DNA of 64,000 bases from an uncultured Candidatus Rokubacteria bacterium (GTDB taxonomy: Bacteria > Methylomirabilota > Methylomirabilia > Rokubacteriales > CSP1-6). The notes beneath the pieces were generated by a model. It had not been told where the DNA came from, did not search any database, and saw nothing but the letters and a program-made list of their open reading frames with translations. Positions 29,716 to 40,893 of the stretch are shown one piece after another; the stretch's first letter is position 1, and the number at the start of each line of letters is the position of its first letter. Both the position numbers and the translations under genes were made by a program. The stretch spans positions 83,467 to 147,466 of the forward strand of contig CAVVEU010000031.1 of the NCBI GenBank assembly GCA_963747235.1, in the 5' to 3' direction.

Positions 29716-32401
29716 CGTTCTCGATCGGAATGGGAGGGGCTTCCTTCACCGGCAGCGTGAAGCGGACCGTGATCCCGCCGCCGGGGCGGTTCTCCGCCCA
29801 GATGCGTCCGCCGTGCGCGGTGACGATCCCCTCGCAGATCGCGAGGCCGAGCCCGGCGCCCCGCACCGTCGGCGTGGCCTCGGAACGATGAAATTTCTCG
29901 AAGATGCGCCGCTCCTCGCCCGGCCGCAGCCCGGGGCCGCGATCGGCGACCTCGATCAGCACGGCGCCGCCGGTGTCCGCCGCCGTCACCTCGATCGGGC
30001 TCCCCGGCGGCGTGTACTTGAGGGCGTTGTCGAGGAGGTTGATCAGCACCTGCTCGATCAGCACGTCGTCCATCGGGACGAGCGGCAGATCGGACGGCAC
30101 GCGGGTGGTGAGGGCGCGCCCCGCGAGGGCCTTGCCGAAGCGGCCGAGCGCGGCGCCGACGACCTCCTCGACGGGATGCCACTCGGTGTGGAGCTGCAGC
30201 GCGCCCGACTCGAGGCGCGTCATCTCGAGGAGGTTCTGCACCAGGCGGTTCAGCCGGTCGGCCTCCTCGTGCAGGGACTCCAGCAGGTCGCGGCGGGTGC
30301 CCGCGTCGAGGTGCGCTTCGTTGTCGAGCAAGGTGCTGGCCGCCCCGGTGATCGAGGCGAGCGGCGTGCGGAGATCGTGCGAGACCGAGCTCAGCAGCGA
30401 GTTGCGCAGCCGCTCGGTCTCGGCCCGCACCTGGGCCTGCTCCGCTTCCTCGGCGAGCCGCGCCCGCTCGATGGCCAGCGCGGTCTGGCTGGCGAAGGTC
30501 TCGAGCTGGTGGAGCTGCTCCGGCGCCTGCAGCGGGCGCGGATCCTGAGGTCGGAGCCCGAGCACGCCCACGCTGCCGCGCGACCCGGTGAGCGGCAGGT
30601 AGAGCCCGGAGGCGCCGGGGAGCGTGTCGGTGCCCTGTCCCGCGACCTGCCCGTGCTCGTGAACCCACTGGCTGACCGCCAGCTCGCTGGCGTCCAGCGG
30701 GAACTGCGCGACCGCGCCCTCGTCCGGAGCCAGTCGCCCGTCCGACTGCGGGAGCAGCACCACGACCCGGGCCCCGAACACCTCGGAGATGTGCCGCACC
30801 GCCACCTCGAGCAGCCCGCGGACACCGCGGGTGCTGGCCAGCTCGCGGCTCATCGCGTAGAGCGAGGCCATGCGCCGCGCGCGCTCGCGGGCCGACTCGG
30901 CCTGGGCGCGAATGCGCACCGCGAGGCCACTGATCACGAGGGCCACCACCAGCATGACCGCGAAGGTGACGACGTACTGCGTGTCCGAGACCGCGAAGGT
31001 GAAGTAGGGCGGCACGAAGAAGAAGTCGAAGGCGGCCACGCTCAGCAGCGTCGCGAGCAGGGACCCGCCCCGGCCGTAGCGGGTGGCCACGATGATCACG
31101 CCGAGCAGGTAGACCATGATGAGGTTGGAGACTGCGAAGTACGGGAACATGGCCCACGCGATCGCGGTCGAGATCGCGACCACCACGAGGGCGGCGACGT
31201 AGGGCGTCCACTCCGTCTGCGATTGCCACGTGCGGGGCGGCATCGGCCGCGAATCGTCCCGATCGCCGCTGATCACGTAGACGTCGATCTCGCCGCTGCC
31301 CTGGACGAGCGTGTCCACGATCGAGCCCGCGGCGATCCGCTTCCAGAGCGGCCGCTCCGGCTTGCCCACCACGATCTTGCTCACGTTGCGCGCCCGGGCG
31401 AACGCGAGGATCTCGTCGCTCATCCGCCCCCCGGTCAGGGTGTGCGTCTCGGCCCCGAGCTGCTCGGCCAGCCGCATGGTCTGGGCCACCCGATCGCGGG
31501 CGTCCTGGGTCAGGCGAGTCTGCGCCGCGGTCTCCACGTAGGCGACGATCCACTCCGCCCCGAGCCCCTCCGCCATGCGCTTGGCCGCGCGCACCAGGCG
31601 GATCGAGGAGGGGCTCGGCCCGATGCAGACCAGCAGCCGCTCCCGCACCGGCCACGTCTCGTGGATCGCGTGGTCGCGCATGTAGTGGCGCATCTCGGCG
31701 TCCACGTGCTGCGCGGTCACCCGCAGGGCCAGCTCGCGCAGCGCGATCAGGTTGCCCTTGCGGAAGAAGTTCTCGATGGCCTCGCGGGCCTGGTCGGGGA
31801 TGTAGATCTTGCCGTCCCGGAGGCGGTGGAGGAGGTCGTCGGGGGGCAGGTCGATCAGCTCGACCTCGTCGGTGTGCTCGAAGATGGAGTCCGGCACCGT
31901 CTCGCGCACGACCACGCCGGTGATCCTGGCCACCACGTCGTTCAGGCTCTCGACGTGCTGCACGTTCATCGCCGAGTAGACGTTGATCCCGGCGTCGAGC
32001 AGCTCGACCACATCCTGCCAGCGCTTGGCGTGCCGCGAGCCGGGCGCGTTGGTGTGGGCCAGCTCGTCCACCAGCATGATGGTGGGCCGGCGCGCCAGGG
32101 CCGCGTCCAGATCGAACTCCCGCAGCGTGGTGCCCCGGTACTCCATCGGCCGCCGGGGCAGGATCTCAAGGTCGCCCACGAGGGCCTCGGTGTCGGCACG
32201 GCCGTGGGTCTCCACCCAGCCCACCACGACGTCCACGCCCTGAGCCCGCTGCTCGCGGGCCGCCTCGAGCATGGCGTAGGTCTTGCCGACCCCTGCGGCG
32301 GCGCCGAAAAAGATCTTGAGCTTGCCGCGTCCCTGGCGGGTTTCCGCCTCCTTGACACGGGCCAGCAGCTCGTCCGGATCAGGTCGGCGCTCGGTAGTCA
32401 T
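29705..32401 (-). CDS. kdpD: KdpD sensor histidine kinase
   Basis: GKLKIFFGAAAGVGKTYAML, VDELAHTN, USP domain, 4 TM, GAF, SVSHDLRTPL, HATPase. Confidence 0.97.
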   Translation of the reverse strand: MTTERRPDPDELLARVKEAETRQGRGKLKIFFGAAAGVGKTYAMLEAAREQRAQGVDVVVGWVETHGRADTEALVGDLEILPRRPMEYRGTTLREFDLDAALARRPTIMLVDELAHTNAPGSRHAKRWQDVVELLDAGINVYSAMNVQHVESLNDVVARITGVVVRETVPDSIFEHTDEVELIDLPPDDLLHRLRDGKIYIPDQAREAIENFFRKGNLIALRELALRVTAQHVDAEMRHYMRDHAIHETWPVRERLLVCIGPSPSSIRLVRAAKRMAEGLGAEWIVAYVETAAQTRLTQDARDRVAQTMRLAEQLGAETHTLTGGRMSDEILAFARARNVSKIVVGKPERPLWKRIAAGSIVDTLVQGSGEIDVYVISGDRDDSRPMPPRTWQSQTEWTPYVAALVVVAISTAIAWAMFPYFAVSNLIMVYLLGVIIVATRYGRGGSLLATLLSVAAFDFFFVPPYFTFAVSDTQYVVTFAVMLVVALVISGLAVRIRAQAESARERARRMASLYAMSRELASTRGVRGLLEVAVRHISEVFGARVVVLLPQSDGRLAPDEGAVAQFPLDASELAVSQWVHEHGQVAGQGTDTLPGASGLYLPLTGSRGSVGVLGLRPQDPRPLQAPEQLHQLETFASQTALAIERARLAEEAEQAQVRAETERLRNSLLSSVSHDLRTPLASITGAASTLLDNEAHLDAGTRRDLLESLHEEADRLNRLVQNLLEMTRLESGALQLHTEWHPVEEVVGAALGRFGKALAGRALTTRVPSDLPLVPMDDVLIEQVLINLLDNALKYTPPGSPIEVTAADTGGAVLIEVADRGPGLRPGEERRIFEKFHRSEATPTVRGAGLGLAICEGIVTAHGGRIWAENRPGGGITVRFTLPVKEAPPIPIENDAA

Positions 32402-32455
32402 GAGGCAGTCCGGCGCCAGACTACGACGGAACGAGCACCCGATTCAACCGACGGG

Positions 32456-32917
32456 CTACGTCTCCGCAGGGTGACCGAACGGGTTGGGGAGCAGAAGGCG
32501 CCTGATGAGATCACTGCGGAATAGGGCGCCGGCGACGATCCCATGGTCGACCACCGCGATGACGTTCACGGCGTACTCGTCGAATAGACGGATGGCCGAC
32601 GTCGCGGGCGTGAACGGATCCACCGCGATCACGCGCCTCAGCATGAGATCGGCCGCCACCAGGGTGAACAGGTGCTCGTCCGTCCCAAGTTCTCCGCCAT
32701 CGGCCACGAGCTGGCGCCACCACGGACGGTTCCGGCCGGCATGAAGCCCGGCTACCAGCTGCTCATCTCCAATCGACCCGGCCACGCGCCCACGTCCGTC
32801 GACGACGAGCACCCCTTCGACACCCATGTCCACCATGACCTCTATGACGCGACGAGCCGGAGCGTGCGGGGGCACCACCGGCGCGTCGTATCGCATCATC
32901 TCGCCGACCGAGAGCAT
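32456..32917 (-). CDS. CBS domain pair protein
   Basis: VGEMM..PVV, LVVDGRGRVAG, AADLM..VIAV, RSDLIR. Confidence 0.75.
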   Translation of the reverse strand: MLSVGEMMRYDAPVVPPHAPARRVIEVMVDMGVEGVLVVDGRGRVAGSIGDEQLVAGLHAGRNRPWWRQLVADGGELGTDEHLFTLVAADLMLRRVIAVDPFTPATSAIRLFDEYAVNVIAVVDHGIVAGALFRSDLIRRLLLPNPFGHPAET

Positions 32918-32925
32918 GGCTCCGC

Positions 32926-33672
32926 TCAGACCATCTCGTGATACCGGTAGCGCGGGCCGAGCGCGAGGAGATGGTCCTCGATCGCCTGGCAGCCTGGTAC
33001 GGCACGAGCCATCGTGATCAGGGCGGCCTTCTCCGCATCGCCGCCCACCACTCCCCAGAGCGTCAGGACCCCGTCGCGCGCTTCAACGGTCGGCCGCAAC
33101 CTCGGGATCCAGGACTCCTGCTCCATCCGCTCTTTCATGTCAGCGACCAGATCCGCATCGGCGCGCCGGCCCGGCGCCACGGGCCTCGTCGAAAGGCCTT
33201 CCGCGAGATCCCGGCGCCCGACGGCGCCGACCAGCCGGCCGGCCGAGACCACCGGGACCAGGTCGAGTTCCGCGGCGTCGAACAGGCGGGCCGCCGCGTG
33301 CAGCGAGGTCTCGGGACTCACGGTGGTCGGAGCACACGTCATGACTTCCCCCACCGTGATGCCGCTCGCCTTCCGGTATTCCCGGGCGAGCTGCTCGGTC
33401 TCGACGAAGAAGTGCCACCACGGCCGGCGTCGCCGGGGGGCCAGGCGCGCGATCAGATCGTGCTCGCTCAGCACGCCGACCACGCCGCCCTTCGAGTCGA
33501 CGACCGGAAGGCCCGGGAGCCCCTGTTCCCGGAGGAGCCGGGCCGCCTCATGGATCGGGGTATCCGGCGAGATCGTGGTGACCTCGCGCGCCATCACGTC
33601 GGCAACGGACATTGGGTCGGGAGAGCGGCCGAAGGCCGCCCGGCGCATCGGAGTGGTCTGCAGGGCTCGCAT
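32926..33672 (-). CDS. CBS pair plus BON domain protein
   Basis: VADVMAREV, LPVVD..VGVLSEHDL, C-terminal DGVLTLWG..ARAVPGC..IEDHL; AGGAGG SD. Confidence 0.85.
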   Translation of the reverse strand: MRALQTTPMRRAAFGRSPDPMSVADVMAREVTTISPDTPIHEAARLLREQGLPGLPVVDSKGGVVGVLSEHDLIARLAPRRRRPWWHFFVETEQLAREYRKASGITVGEVMTCAPTTVSPETSLHAAARLFDAAELDLVPVVSAGRLVGAVGRRDLAEGLSTRPVAPGRRADADLVADMKERMEQESWIPRLRPTVEARDGVLTLWGVVGGDAEKAALITMARAVPGCQAIEDHLLALGPRYRYHEMV

Positions 33673-33707
33673 GGTTGATCCTCCTGCCTCAGTAGATGCG
33701 GGGGGCC

Positions 33708-33783
33708 CATCAAGATGGCATCAAATTGGGGTCATAGCCGCTCAACGAACGATCAAGCCCCGATTCTTGATGGCGCCTTGACC
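33708..33783. promoter_or_regulatory. Phased TTGA direct-repeat boxes in the divergent CBS/kdpDE - USP promoter region
   Basis: Minus-strand boxes at 33708, 33719, 33740 and 33751; plus-strand boxes TCTTGATG at 33765 and CCTTGACC at 33776. Confidence 0.7.
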
Positions 33784-33823
33784 GGGGTTCGGCTAGCCTC
33801 ACCGCCAGGGGGGCGTACCGTCC

Positions 33824-34657
33824 ATGCTCCGATCAGCACTCGTTGCGCTCGATGGCTCGGCCTACAGCGAGACCGCGACGGCTCTCGCGATCGACTGGGC
33901 CAAACGGTACGGGGCCCGATTGATCGGCCTGGGTGTGCTCGACGCGCCCTCCATCCAGGGCGCGGAGCCGGTGCCTCTCGGGGCCGGCGCCTACAAGCAG
34001 GCGCGCGACGAGGCGCGGCTGGCCGACGCGCACCGTCGGGTGGTGGACTTCCTGACCGCCTTTCGCGCCCGCGGCGAGGCGGCCGGCATCGCGGTGGATG
34101 CGCTCGAGGACATCGGCGACCCCGCCGCCCATATCCTGCGCGAGGCGCACCGGTGCGACCTGGTCATCCTCGCCCGCGAGACGCATTTTCACTTCGAGAC
34201 ACAGGAGCAGCCCGACGAGACGCTCGCCCAGGTCCTGCGGGGCAGCCCGCGGCCGGTGGTGACCGTGCCGCGCGAGCTCCCGCAGGGGCAGGGGGTCGTT
34301 GTGGCCTACGGGGGCGGGCAAGAGGCCGCCCGCACACTGCAGACGTTTCAGCTTCTCGGCCTTGCCGCGGGCGAGGCCATCGAGGTCGTGAGCATCCACC
34401 GCGACGGCGCCGAGGCTGAGGCGCTGACGCATCTGGCAGGGGAGTACTTGACGGCCCATGGAGCCCGGCATCGACTGCGCGCCATCGTCTCGGCCGCGCC
34501 GCCGGCCGATATCCTCCTGGAGGAGATCCGGCGCGTCCGCCCCCGCCTGCTCGTGATGGGCGCTCACGGCCGCCATCCCCTGCGCGATCTGTTCGGCACC
34601 TCGGTCACTCGCGCCGTCCTGCGCGCGTGTCCCGTTCCCGCGTTCATCGGCTCGTAG
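33824..34657 (+). CDS. Tandem universal stress protein
   Basis: LVALDGS, VVAYGG, LLVMGAHG..LFGTSVTRAVLR..PVP. Confidence 0.88.
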   Translation: MLRSALVALDGSAYSETATALAIDWAKRYGARLIGLGVLDAPSIQGAEPVPLGAGAYKQARDEARLADAHRRVVDFLTAFRARGEAAGIAVDALEDIGDPAAHILREAHRCDLVILARETHFHFETQEQPDETLAQVLRGSPRPVVTVPRELPQGQGVVVAYGGGQEAARTLQTFQLLGLAAGEAIEVVSIHRDGAEAEALTHLAGEYLTAHGARHRLRAIVSAAPPADILLEEIRRVRPRLLVMGAHGRHPLRDLFGTSVTRAVLRACPVPAFIGS

Positions 34658-34808
34658 GCGGATATCCCCGGCCTGGCGGGTCACTGACGGGACACGTGCG
34701 GTCCCTCGGCGGGGCACGGCCGCCCCGGCGCCGAGAGTCTTGATTACCAGGTCTGCCTGAACAATAGCAATTCCGCGTGGCACGGTTGATGCCGTGCACC
34801 CACCGGCG

Positions 34809-34876
34809 TCTTGAGGTCCTCTTGATGCGGAGGGGCACCTTCTTGAGACCCCTCTGAGAGGGGCCCCGGCTAGGAT
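34809..34876 (+). promoter_or_regulatory. kdp operon promoter with four phased TCTTGA boxes
   Basis: TCTTGAGG 34809, TCTTGATG 34820, TCTTGAGA 34841, CTCTGAGA 34852; -10 TAGGAT at 34871. Confidence 0.72.
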
Positions 34877-34934
34877 TCACGTTTGGGAGATTTGACGCGA
34901 TGACCGAGACGGCAGGCGAGAAGGAGAGCGTGTG

Positions 34935-35018
34935 ATGGCGGACATTCTATACCTCGGTGTGACCCTCGTGTTCTTTTGGCTGTCGTGGCTCCTGGTCGTG
35001 CTCTGTGAGCGGCTGTAG
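34935..35018 (+). CDS. 27-aa hydrophobic peptide upstream of kdpF
   Basis: [27 protein letters not shown] with an AAGGAG SD; not in the ORF track. Confidence 0.75.
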   Translation: MADILYLGVTLVFFWLSWLLVVLCERL

Positions 35019-35027
35019 GAGGCATCC

Positions 35028-35120
35028 ATGCCCATGCTCTACGTCGTCGGCGCGGTGGTGTCCCTGGGACTTCTGGTCTATCTGGTGCTGGCCCTGCTGA
35101 AGCCGGAGCTCTTTCAATGA
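35028..35120 (+). CDS. kdpF: K+-transporting ATPase subunit F
   Basis: [30 protein letters not shown] with the YL..ALL.PE.F motif; AGGAGG SD; ATGA overlap with kdpA. Confidence 0.9.
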   Translation: MPMLYVVGAVVSLGLLVYLVLALLKPELFQ

Positions 35121-36923
35121 CTGCGAACGGTATCTTCCAGCTCGTCCTCTACGTGGTGGTGCTGCTCGCCCTGGCCAAGCCGCTCGGGGCATACATGGCG
35201 CGCGTCTACGAGGGACGCCGTGTCGCCCTCGATCGCGTCCTCGGCTGGCTCGAGCGCCTCATCTATCGCGCGGGCGGCGTGTGGCCGAACGCGGAGATGG
35301 GCTGGAAGACGTACGCGCTGGCGATGCTCGCGTTCAACCTGCTCGGCCTGCTCGCGGTGTACCTGCTCCAGCGGGTCCAGGGCGGCCTGCCCTTCAATCC
35401 CCAGGGGATGGCCGCGGTCTCGCCCGATTCTTCCTTCAACACCGCGGTGAGCTTCGCCACCAACACCAACTGGCAGGGCTATGGCGGCGAGACCACCATG
35501 AGCTACCTGACCCAGATGCTCGCCCTCACGGTGCAGAACTTCGTGTCCGCGGCTTCCGGCATGGCGACCCTGGTCGCGCTGATCCGGGGCTTCGCGCGGC
35601 GCTCGTCCGAGACCATCGGGAACTTCTGGGTGGACCTGACCCGGGGGACGCTCTACATCCTGCTCCCGCTGTCGTTCGTGCTCGCCCTTGCCCTGGTGTC
35701 CCAGGGGGTCGTCCAGACGTTCAGCCCCTACGCCACGGCCACCGTGGTCCAGCCGACCCAGTACGAGGAGCCCGAGACCGACAAGGAGGGCAAGCCCGTG
35801 CTCGACGCGAAGGGCCAGCCCAGGATGAAGAAGTCCACGCTGACCGAGCAGGTCATCGCGGTGGGCCCGGCCGCCTCGCAGATCGCCATCAAGCAGCTCG
35901 GGACCAACGGGGGCGGCTTCTTCAACGTCAACTCGAGCCATCCGTTCGAGAACTCCACACCGTTCTCGAACTTCCTCGAGCTGCTGTCGATCCTGCTCAT
36001 CCGCGGCGGCGCTCTGCTACACCTTCGGCGTCATGGTCGGGGACACCCGCCAGGGCTGGACGGTGCTGGCGGCCATGACCGTGATCTTCGTGGTGCTGCT
36101 CGGGGTCTGTTACGTGGCCGAGCAGAACGGAGCCGTCTTCGTCAAGCAGGGGGCGGATCACGCCGCGAGCGCACTCCAGTCGGGCGGCAACATGGAGGGC
36201 AAGGAGGTCCGCTTCGGCATCGCCAACTCGGCCCTCTGGGCCACCGCCACCACGTCCGCCTCCAACGGCTCGGTCAACTCGATGCACGATTCGTTCACGC
36301 CGCTGGGCGGGCTCGTGCCGCTGTGGATGATCCAGCTCGGCGAGGTCGTCTATGGCGGGGTGGGCTCGGGCCTCTACGGCATGCTCATGTTCGCCATCGT
36401 CGCGGTCTTCGTGGCGGGCCTGATGGTGGGCCGCACGCCCGAGTACCTGGGCAAGAAGATCGAGGCCTACGAGATGAAGATGTCGTCGCTCGTCATCCTG
36501 ATCACGCCGGCGCTGGTGCTGATCGGCACATCGATCGCGGTGGTCACCGCGTCGGGGAAGGCGGGTATTCTCAACCCCGGCATCCATGGGTTCAGCGAGA
36601 TCCTCTACGCCTTCTCCTCGGCGTCCAACAACAACGGCAGCGCCTTCGCGGGGCTCTCCGCCAACACGCCGTTCTACAACACCGCGCTCGGGCTGGCCAT
36701 GCTGTTCGGCCGGTACTGGCTGGCGGTGCCGGTCCTGGCCATCGCGGGCTCACTGGCCCGGAAGAAGATCGTCCCGACGGGGCCGGGGACGCTCGCGACC
36801 CACACGCCCCTGTTCGTCGTCCTGCTGATCGGCGTGGTGGTCCTCGTCGGCGCCCTGACGTTCGTGCCGGCCCTGGCCCTGGGCCCGATCGTCGAGCATC
36901 TCACCTTGATCGCAGGGAAGTAG
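35117..36923 (+). CDS. kdpA: K+-transporting ATPase subunit A (apparent +1 frameshift near 36003)
   Basis: Filter motifs NTNWQ, TNGGG, SNGS and NNGSA; [10 protein letters not shown]. Confidence 0.95.
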
Positions 36924-36933
36924 GAGCTGACAC

Positions 36934-39009
36934 ATGGCTAGCACCGTGGCCCGATCGCGCTCGCTCTTCGACACCGGGATCGTCAAGCAGGCGATCGTCG
37001 ATTCGTTCCGGAAGCTGACGTTCAAGCGCCAGGTGCGCAATCCGGTGATGTTCGTGGTCTACGTCGGCTCCATTCTCACGACCCTCCTCTGGTTCCAGGC
37101 CCTGGTCGGCAAGGGTGAGGCGCCGGGCTGGTTCATCTTCTGGGTCTCGGTCTGGCTCTGGTTCACCGTGCTCTTCGCGAACTTCGCCGAGGCCATGGCG
37201 GAAGGCCGAGGCAAGGCCCAGGCCGCGGCATTGCGAAGCGCGCGCCGCGATTTGCAGGCCAAGCGGCTGCCGCGTCCGGAGCGGACGGCCCGGTACGAGG
37301 CGGTCTCGGCCTCGGACCTGCGCAAGGGCGATCTGGTGCTGGTGGAGGCGAGCGACTTCATCCCGGCCGACGGGACCGTCGTCGTGGGTATCGCCTCGGT
37401 CAACGAGGCCGCGATCACCGGCGAGAGCGCGCCCGTGATCCGCGAGGCCGGCGGAGACCGGAGCTCGGTCACCGGCGGCACCCAGGTGCTGTCCGACTGG
37501 ATCATCGTCGAGGTCACCGCCAACCCCGGCGAAGCGTTCCTGGACCGGATGATCGCGCTGGTCGAGGGCGCCAAGCGGCAGAAGACCCCCAACGAGATCG
37601 CGCTCGATATCCTGCTGGCCGCGCTGACCATCGTCTTCCTGCTGGCCACCGCCACCCTGCTGCCCTTCTCGCTCTACAGCGTCGGCGCGGCGGGCCAGGG
37701 CTCCCCGGTCACGGTCACGGTGCTGGTGGCGTTGCTCGTGTGCCTGATCCCGACCACGATCGGCGCGCTCCTCTCCGCCATCGGCATCGCGGGCATGGAC
37801 CGGATGATCCAGAAGAACGTCATCGCCATGTCCGGGCGGGCCGTCGAGGCCGCGGGCGACGTGGACGTGCTGCTGCTGGACAAGACGGGCACGATCACGC
37901 TGGGCAATCGCCAGGCCACCGCCTTCGTGCCCGCGGCCGGCGTCACCGAGGCCGCGCTGGCCGACGCGGCCCAGCTGGCGTCGCTGGCCGACGAGACTCC
38001 GGAAGGACGCAGCATCGTCGTCCTCGCCAAGGAGAAGTATCAGATCCGGGAGCGCGAGATCGAGAAGCTCGGCGCGACCTTCGTGCCCTTCACGGCCCAG
38101 ACCCGCATGAGCGGCGTCAACCTGAACAGCCGGCAGGTCCGCAAGGGCGCGGCCGACGCCATCGAGGCCCACGTCAAGACGCTGGGCGGCACCTTTCCCG
38201 CGGAGGTCCGCCAGAGCGTGGACACGATCGCCAAGGCGGGGGCGACGCCCCTCGTGGTCTGCGACGGAGCCAAGGTGCTGGGGGCCATCCAGCTCAAGGA
38301 CATCGTCAAGGGCGGTATCCGCGAGCGCTTCGCCCAGCTCCGCCGCATGGGCATCAAGACCATCATGATCACCGGCGACAACCCGCTCACCGCGGCCGCC
38401 ATCAGCGCGGAGGCGGGGGTGGACGACTTCCTGGCCCAGGCCACCCCGGAGGCCAAGCTCAAGCTGATCCGGGACCTCCAGGGGCAGGGCCGGCTCGTCG
38501 CGATGACCGGCGACGGCACCAACGACGCGCCCGCGCTCGCCCAGGCCGACGTGGCGGTGGCGATGAACACCGGCACCCAGGCCGCCAAGGAAGCGGGCAA
38601 CATGATCGATCTCGACTCCAACCCGACCAAGCTGCTCGAGGTGGTCGAGACCGGCAAGCAGATGCTGATGACCCGCGGCGCGCTCACCACGTTCAGCATC
38701 GCCAACGACGTGGCCAAGTACTTCGCGATCATCCCGGCCGCCTTCGCCACCACCTACCCGGCGCTGGCGATGCTGAACATCATGGGGCTGGCCACCCCGG
38801 AGAGCGCGATCCTGTCCGCGGTCATCTTCAACGCGCTCATCATCGTCGCCTTGATCCCGCTGTCGCTGAAGGGCGTGCGGTACCGCTCGCTCGGGGCGGC
38901 CGCCGTGCTGCGGCGTCACCTGTGGATCTACGGCGTCGGGGGGCTCATCATTCCCTTCCCGGGCATCAAGATCATCGACATGATCCTGGTCGCCCTGAAG
39001 CTCGTGTGA
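36934..39009 (+). CDS. kdpB: K+-transporting ATPase subunit B
   Basis: [34 protein letters not shown]. Confidence 0.98.
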   Translation: MASTVARSRSLFDTGIVKQAIVDSFRKLTFKRQVRNPVMFVVYVGSILTTLLWFQALVGKGEAPGWFIFWVSVWLWFTVLFANFAEAMAEGRGKAQAAALRSARRDLQAKRLPRPERTARYEAVSASDLRKGDLVLVEASDFIPADGTVVVGIASVNEAAITGESAPVIREAGGDRSSVTGGTQVLSDWIIVEVTANPGEAFLDRMIALVEGAKRQKTPNEIALDILLAALTIVFLLATATLLPFSLYSVGAAGQGSPVTVTVLVALLVCLIPTTIGALLSAIGIAGMDRMIQKNVIAMSGRAVEAAGDVDVLLLDKTGTITLGNRQATAFVPAAGVTEAALADAAQLASLADETPEGRSIVVLAKEKYQIREREIEKLGATFVPFTAQTRMSGVNLNSRQVRKGAADAIEAHVKTLGGTFPAEVRQSVDTIAKAGATPLVVCDGAKVLGAIQLKDIVKGGIRERFAQLRRMGIKTIMITGDNPLTAAAISAEAGVDDFLAQATPEAKLKLIRDLQGQGRLVAMTGDGTNDAPALAQADVAVAMNTGTQAAKEAGNMIDLDSNPTKLLEVVETGKQMLMTRGALTTFSIANDVAKYFAIIPAAFATTYPALAMLNIMGLATPESAILSAVIFNALIIVALIPLSLKGVRYRSLGAAAVLRRHLWIYGVGGLIIPFPGIKIIDMILVALKLV

Positions 39010-39023
39010 GTGGAGGAACCACC

Positions 39024-39593
39024 ATGGCTGCGCACCTGAGGCCCGCTCTGATGTCGCTGTTGCTCCTCACCCTGATCACCGGCGTCGTCTACCCGCTGGT
39101 GGTGACCGGCATCGCCCAGATGGTCTTTCCCTTCCAGGCGAACGGCAGCCTGATCGTGAAGGACGGGAAGGTGGTGGGCTCGGCGCTCATCGGGCAGCCC
39201 TTCGACGACCCCAAGTACTTCTGGGGCCGTCCCTCGGCGACGAGTCCGTTCCCCAACAATGCGGCGGCCTCGTCCGGCTCGAACCTGAGCCCGACGAACC
39301 CGGCGCTGATCAGCGCGGTGCAGGGGCGGGTGGACGCGCTGCGGGCCGCGGACCCGACCAACAAGGCGGCGGTTCCGGTGGATCTCGTGACCGCGTCCGG
39401 CAGCGGGCTCGATCCCCACATCAGCCCGGCCGCGGCGCTCTATCAGGTCTCTCGCGTCGCGCGGGAGCGCAAGCTCGCGCCGGACGCGGTGCGCGCGCTC
39501 GTCGACCGGCATACGGAGGGACGCTTCCTCGGCCTCCTCGGGGAGCCCCGCGTGAACGTGCTGGCCTTGAACCTCGCGCTGGACGGCCGGTAA
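39024..39593 (+). CDS. kdpC: K+-transporting ATPase subunit C
   Basis: [48 protein letters not shown]. Confidence 0.97.
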   Translation: MAAHLRPALMSLLLLTLITGVVYPLVVTGIAQMVFPFQANGSLIVKDGKVVGSALIGQPFDDPKYFWGRPSATSPFPNNAAASSGSNLSPTNPALISAVQGRVDALRAADPTNKAAVPVDLVTASGSGLDPHISPAAALYQVSRVARERKLAPDAVRALVDRHTEGRFLGLLGEPRVNVLALNLALDGR

Positions 39594-39617
39594 CGCGGCG
39601 AACCGGAGGGATCAACG

Positions 39618-40886
39618 ATGAAGATGACCTGTGCAGGGGTGGCCGCAGCTTTGATCGGGGCGCTCGTGAGTGCCGGGCCGGCCTGGGCTCAGACGCCGGC
39701 TCCGGCGGCGGAGGCGAAGAAGGAAGAGGAGAAGCCGAAGACGTTCTGGGAGGAGCACAAGCTCTTCGCCTACATCGAGAACAGCTTCACCGCGAACCTG
39801 AGCGGGTCCGGGCGGGGCGGGGTCAACGAGCTGCGGTTCTACGATTTCCACGAGGGGTACACGTTCAACACCGCGGAGTTCAGCATCAAGAAGGACCCGT
39901 CGGAGAAATACCCGTTCGGCTACGGCCTCGTGCTCACCGCCGGCATCGACTCGCAGAAGAACCACTCGTACGGCATCTTCCGGGATGAGACCGACGTGTT
40001 CCCGTTCCGGAACACCGAGAAGTTCGACCTCCTCGAGGCCTACGTCTCGGGCCTGGTCCCGGTGGGAAGCGGACTCACCCTGAAGGCGGGCAAGTTCGTC
40101 ACGCTGCTGGGCTACGAGGTCATCGAGTCCCCGAACAACCTGAACTTCTCGCGCGGCTATCTCTTCGGGCTCGCCATCCCGCTGACCCACACCGGCGGGC
40201 TCGCGTCGTACACGTTCACGGACTGGTTCAACATGACCGCGGGGGTGGTGCTGGGCTGGGACGACTCGAAGAACGTCAACGACGCGGTCAGCTACACGGG
40301 CCAGTTCGCCTTCACCCCGCTGAAGGACTTCACCGCGAACCTGAACTGGATCGTGGGGCCGGAGCAGATCGACCCGCGGCGGATCGACGAGAACGTGGCG
40401 CGCGATTCGCGGACCTACGTGAACAGCCACATGCGGTACGTTCTCGACTTCGTGTTCGCCTATACCGGGGTCAAGAACCTGACGCTGGCGCTCAACGTCG
40501 ACTACGGCCACGAGCAGAGCGAGCCGTTCATCCGGAGCCTGGGGACCCGTCAGAACACCGACGCGACCTGGTGGGGGTGGGCGGGGTACGCGGCGTATGA
40601 CTGGACCGACAATCTGCGGACCGCGGTCCGCCAGGAGTTCATGCGGGACGCGGCGGGGGCGCGGACCGGGTCGGGGCTCGGGACGGACCTCTGGTCCACG
40701 ACCGCGACGGTGCAGTACAAGATCTGGAAGGGCCTGGTGGGCCGGCTCGAGTATCGCCACGACCAGTCCGACGAGAACGTGTACCGCGTCCGCTACTCGC
40801 GGCCGGACATCACCTCGCAGGGGCTGCTCGCGCGGGGCAAGAGCATGGACACCATCTCGGTCAGCCTCTACTACTCCTTCTTCTAG
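39618..40886 (+). CDS. Outer-membrane beta-barrel (putative porin) in the kdp operon
   Basis: Signal peptide (AWA-Q), AGKFVTLLGYEVIE, alternating beta-strand pattern, RLEYRHD, C-terminal YSFF. Confidence 0.82.
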   Translation: MKMTCAGVAAALIGALVSAGPAWAQTPAPAAEAKKEEEKPKTFWEEHKLFAYIENSFTANLSGSGRGGVNELRFYDFHEGYTFNTAEFSIKKDPSEKYPFGYGLVLTAGIDSQKNHSYGIFRDETDVFPFRNTEKFDLLEAYVSGLVPVGSGLTLKAGKFVTLLGYEVIESPNNLNFSRGYLFGLAIPLTHTGGLASYTFTDWFNMTAGVVLGWDDSKNVNDAVSYTGQFAFTPLKDFTANLNWIVGPEQIDPRRIDENVARDSRTYVNSHMRYVLDFVFAYTGVKNLTLALNVDYGHEQSEPFIRSLGTRQNTDATWWGWAGYAAYDWTDNLRTAVRQEFMRDAAGARTGSGLGTDLWSTTATVQYKIWKGLVGRLEYRHDQSDENVYRVRYSRPDITSQGLLARGKSMDTISVSLYYSFF

Positions 40887-40893
40887 TCGCGAG

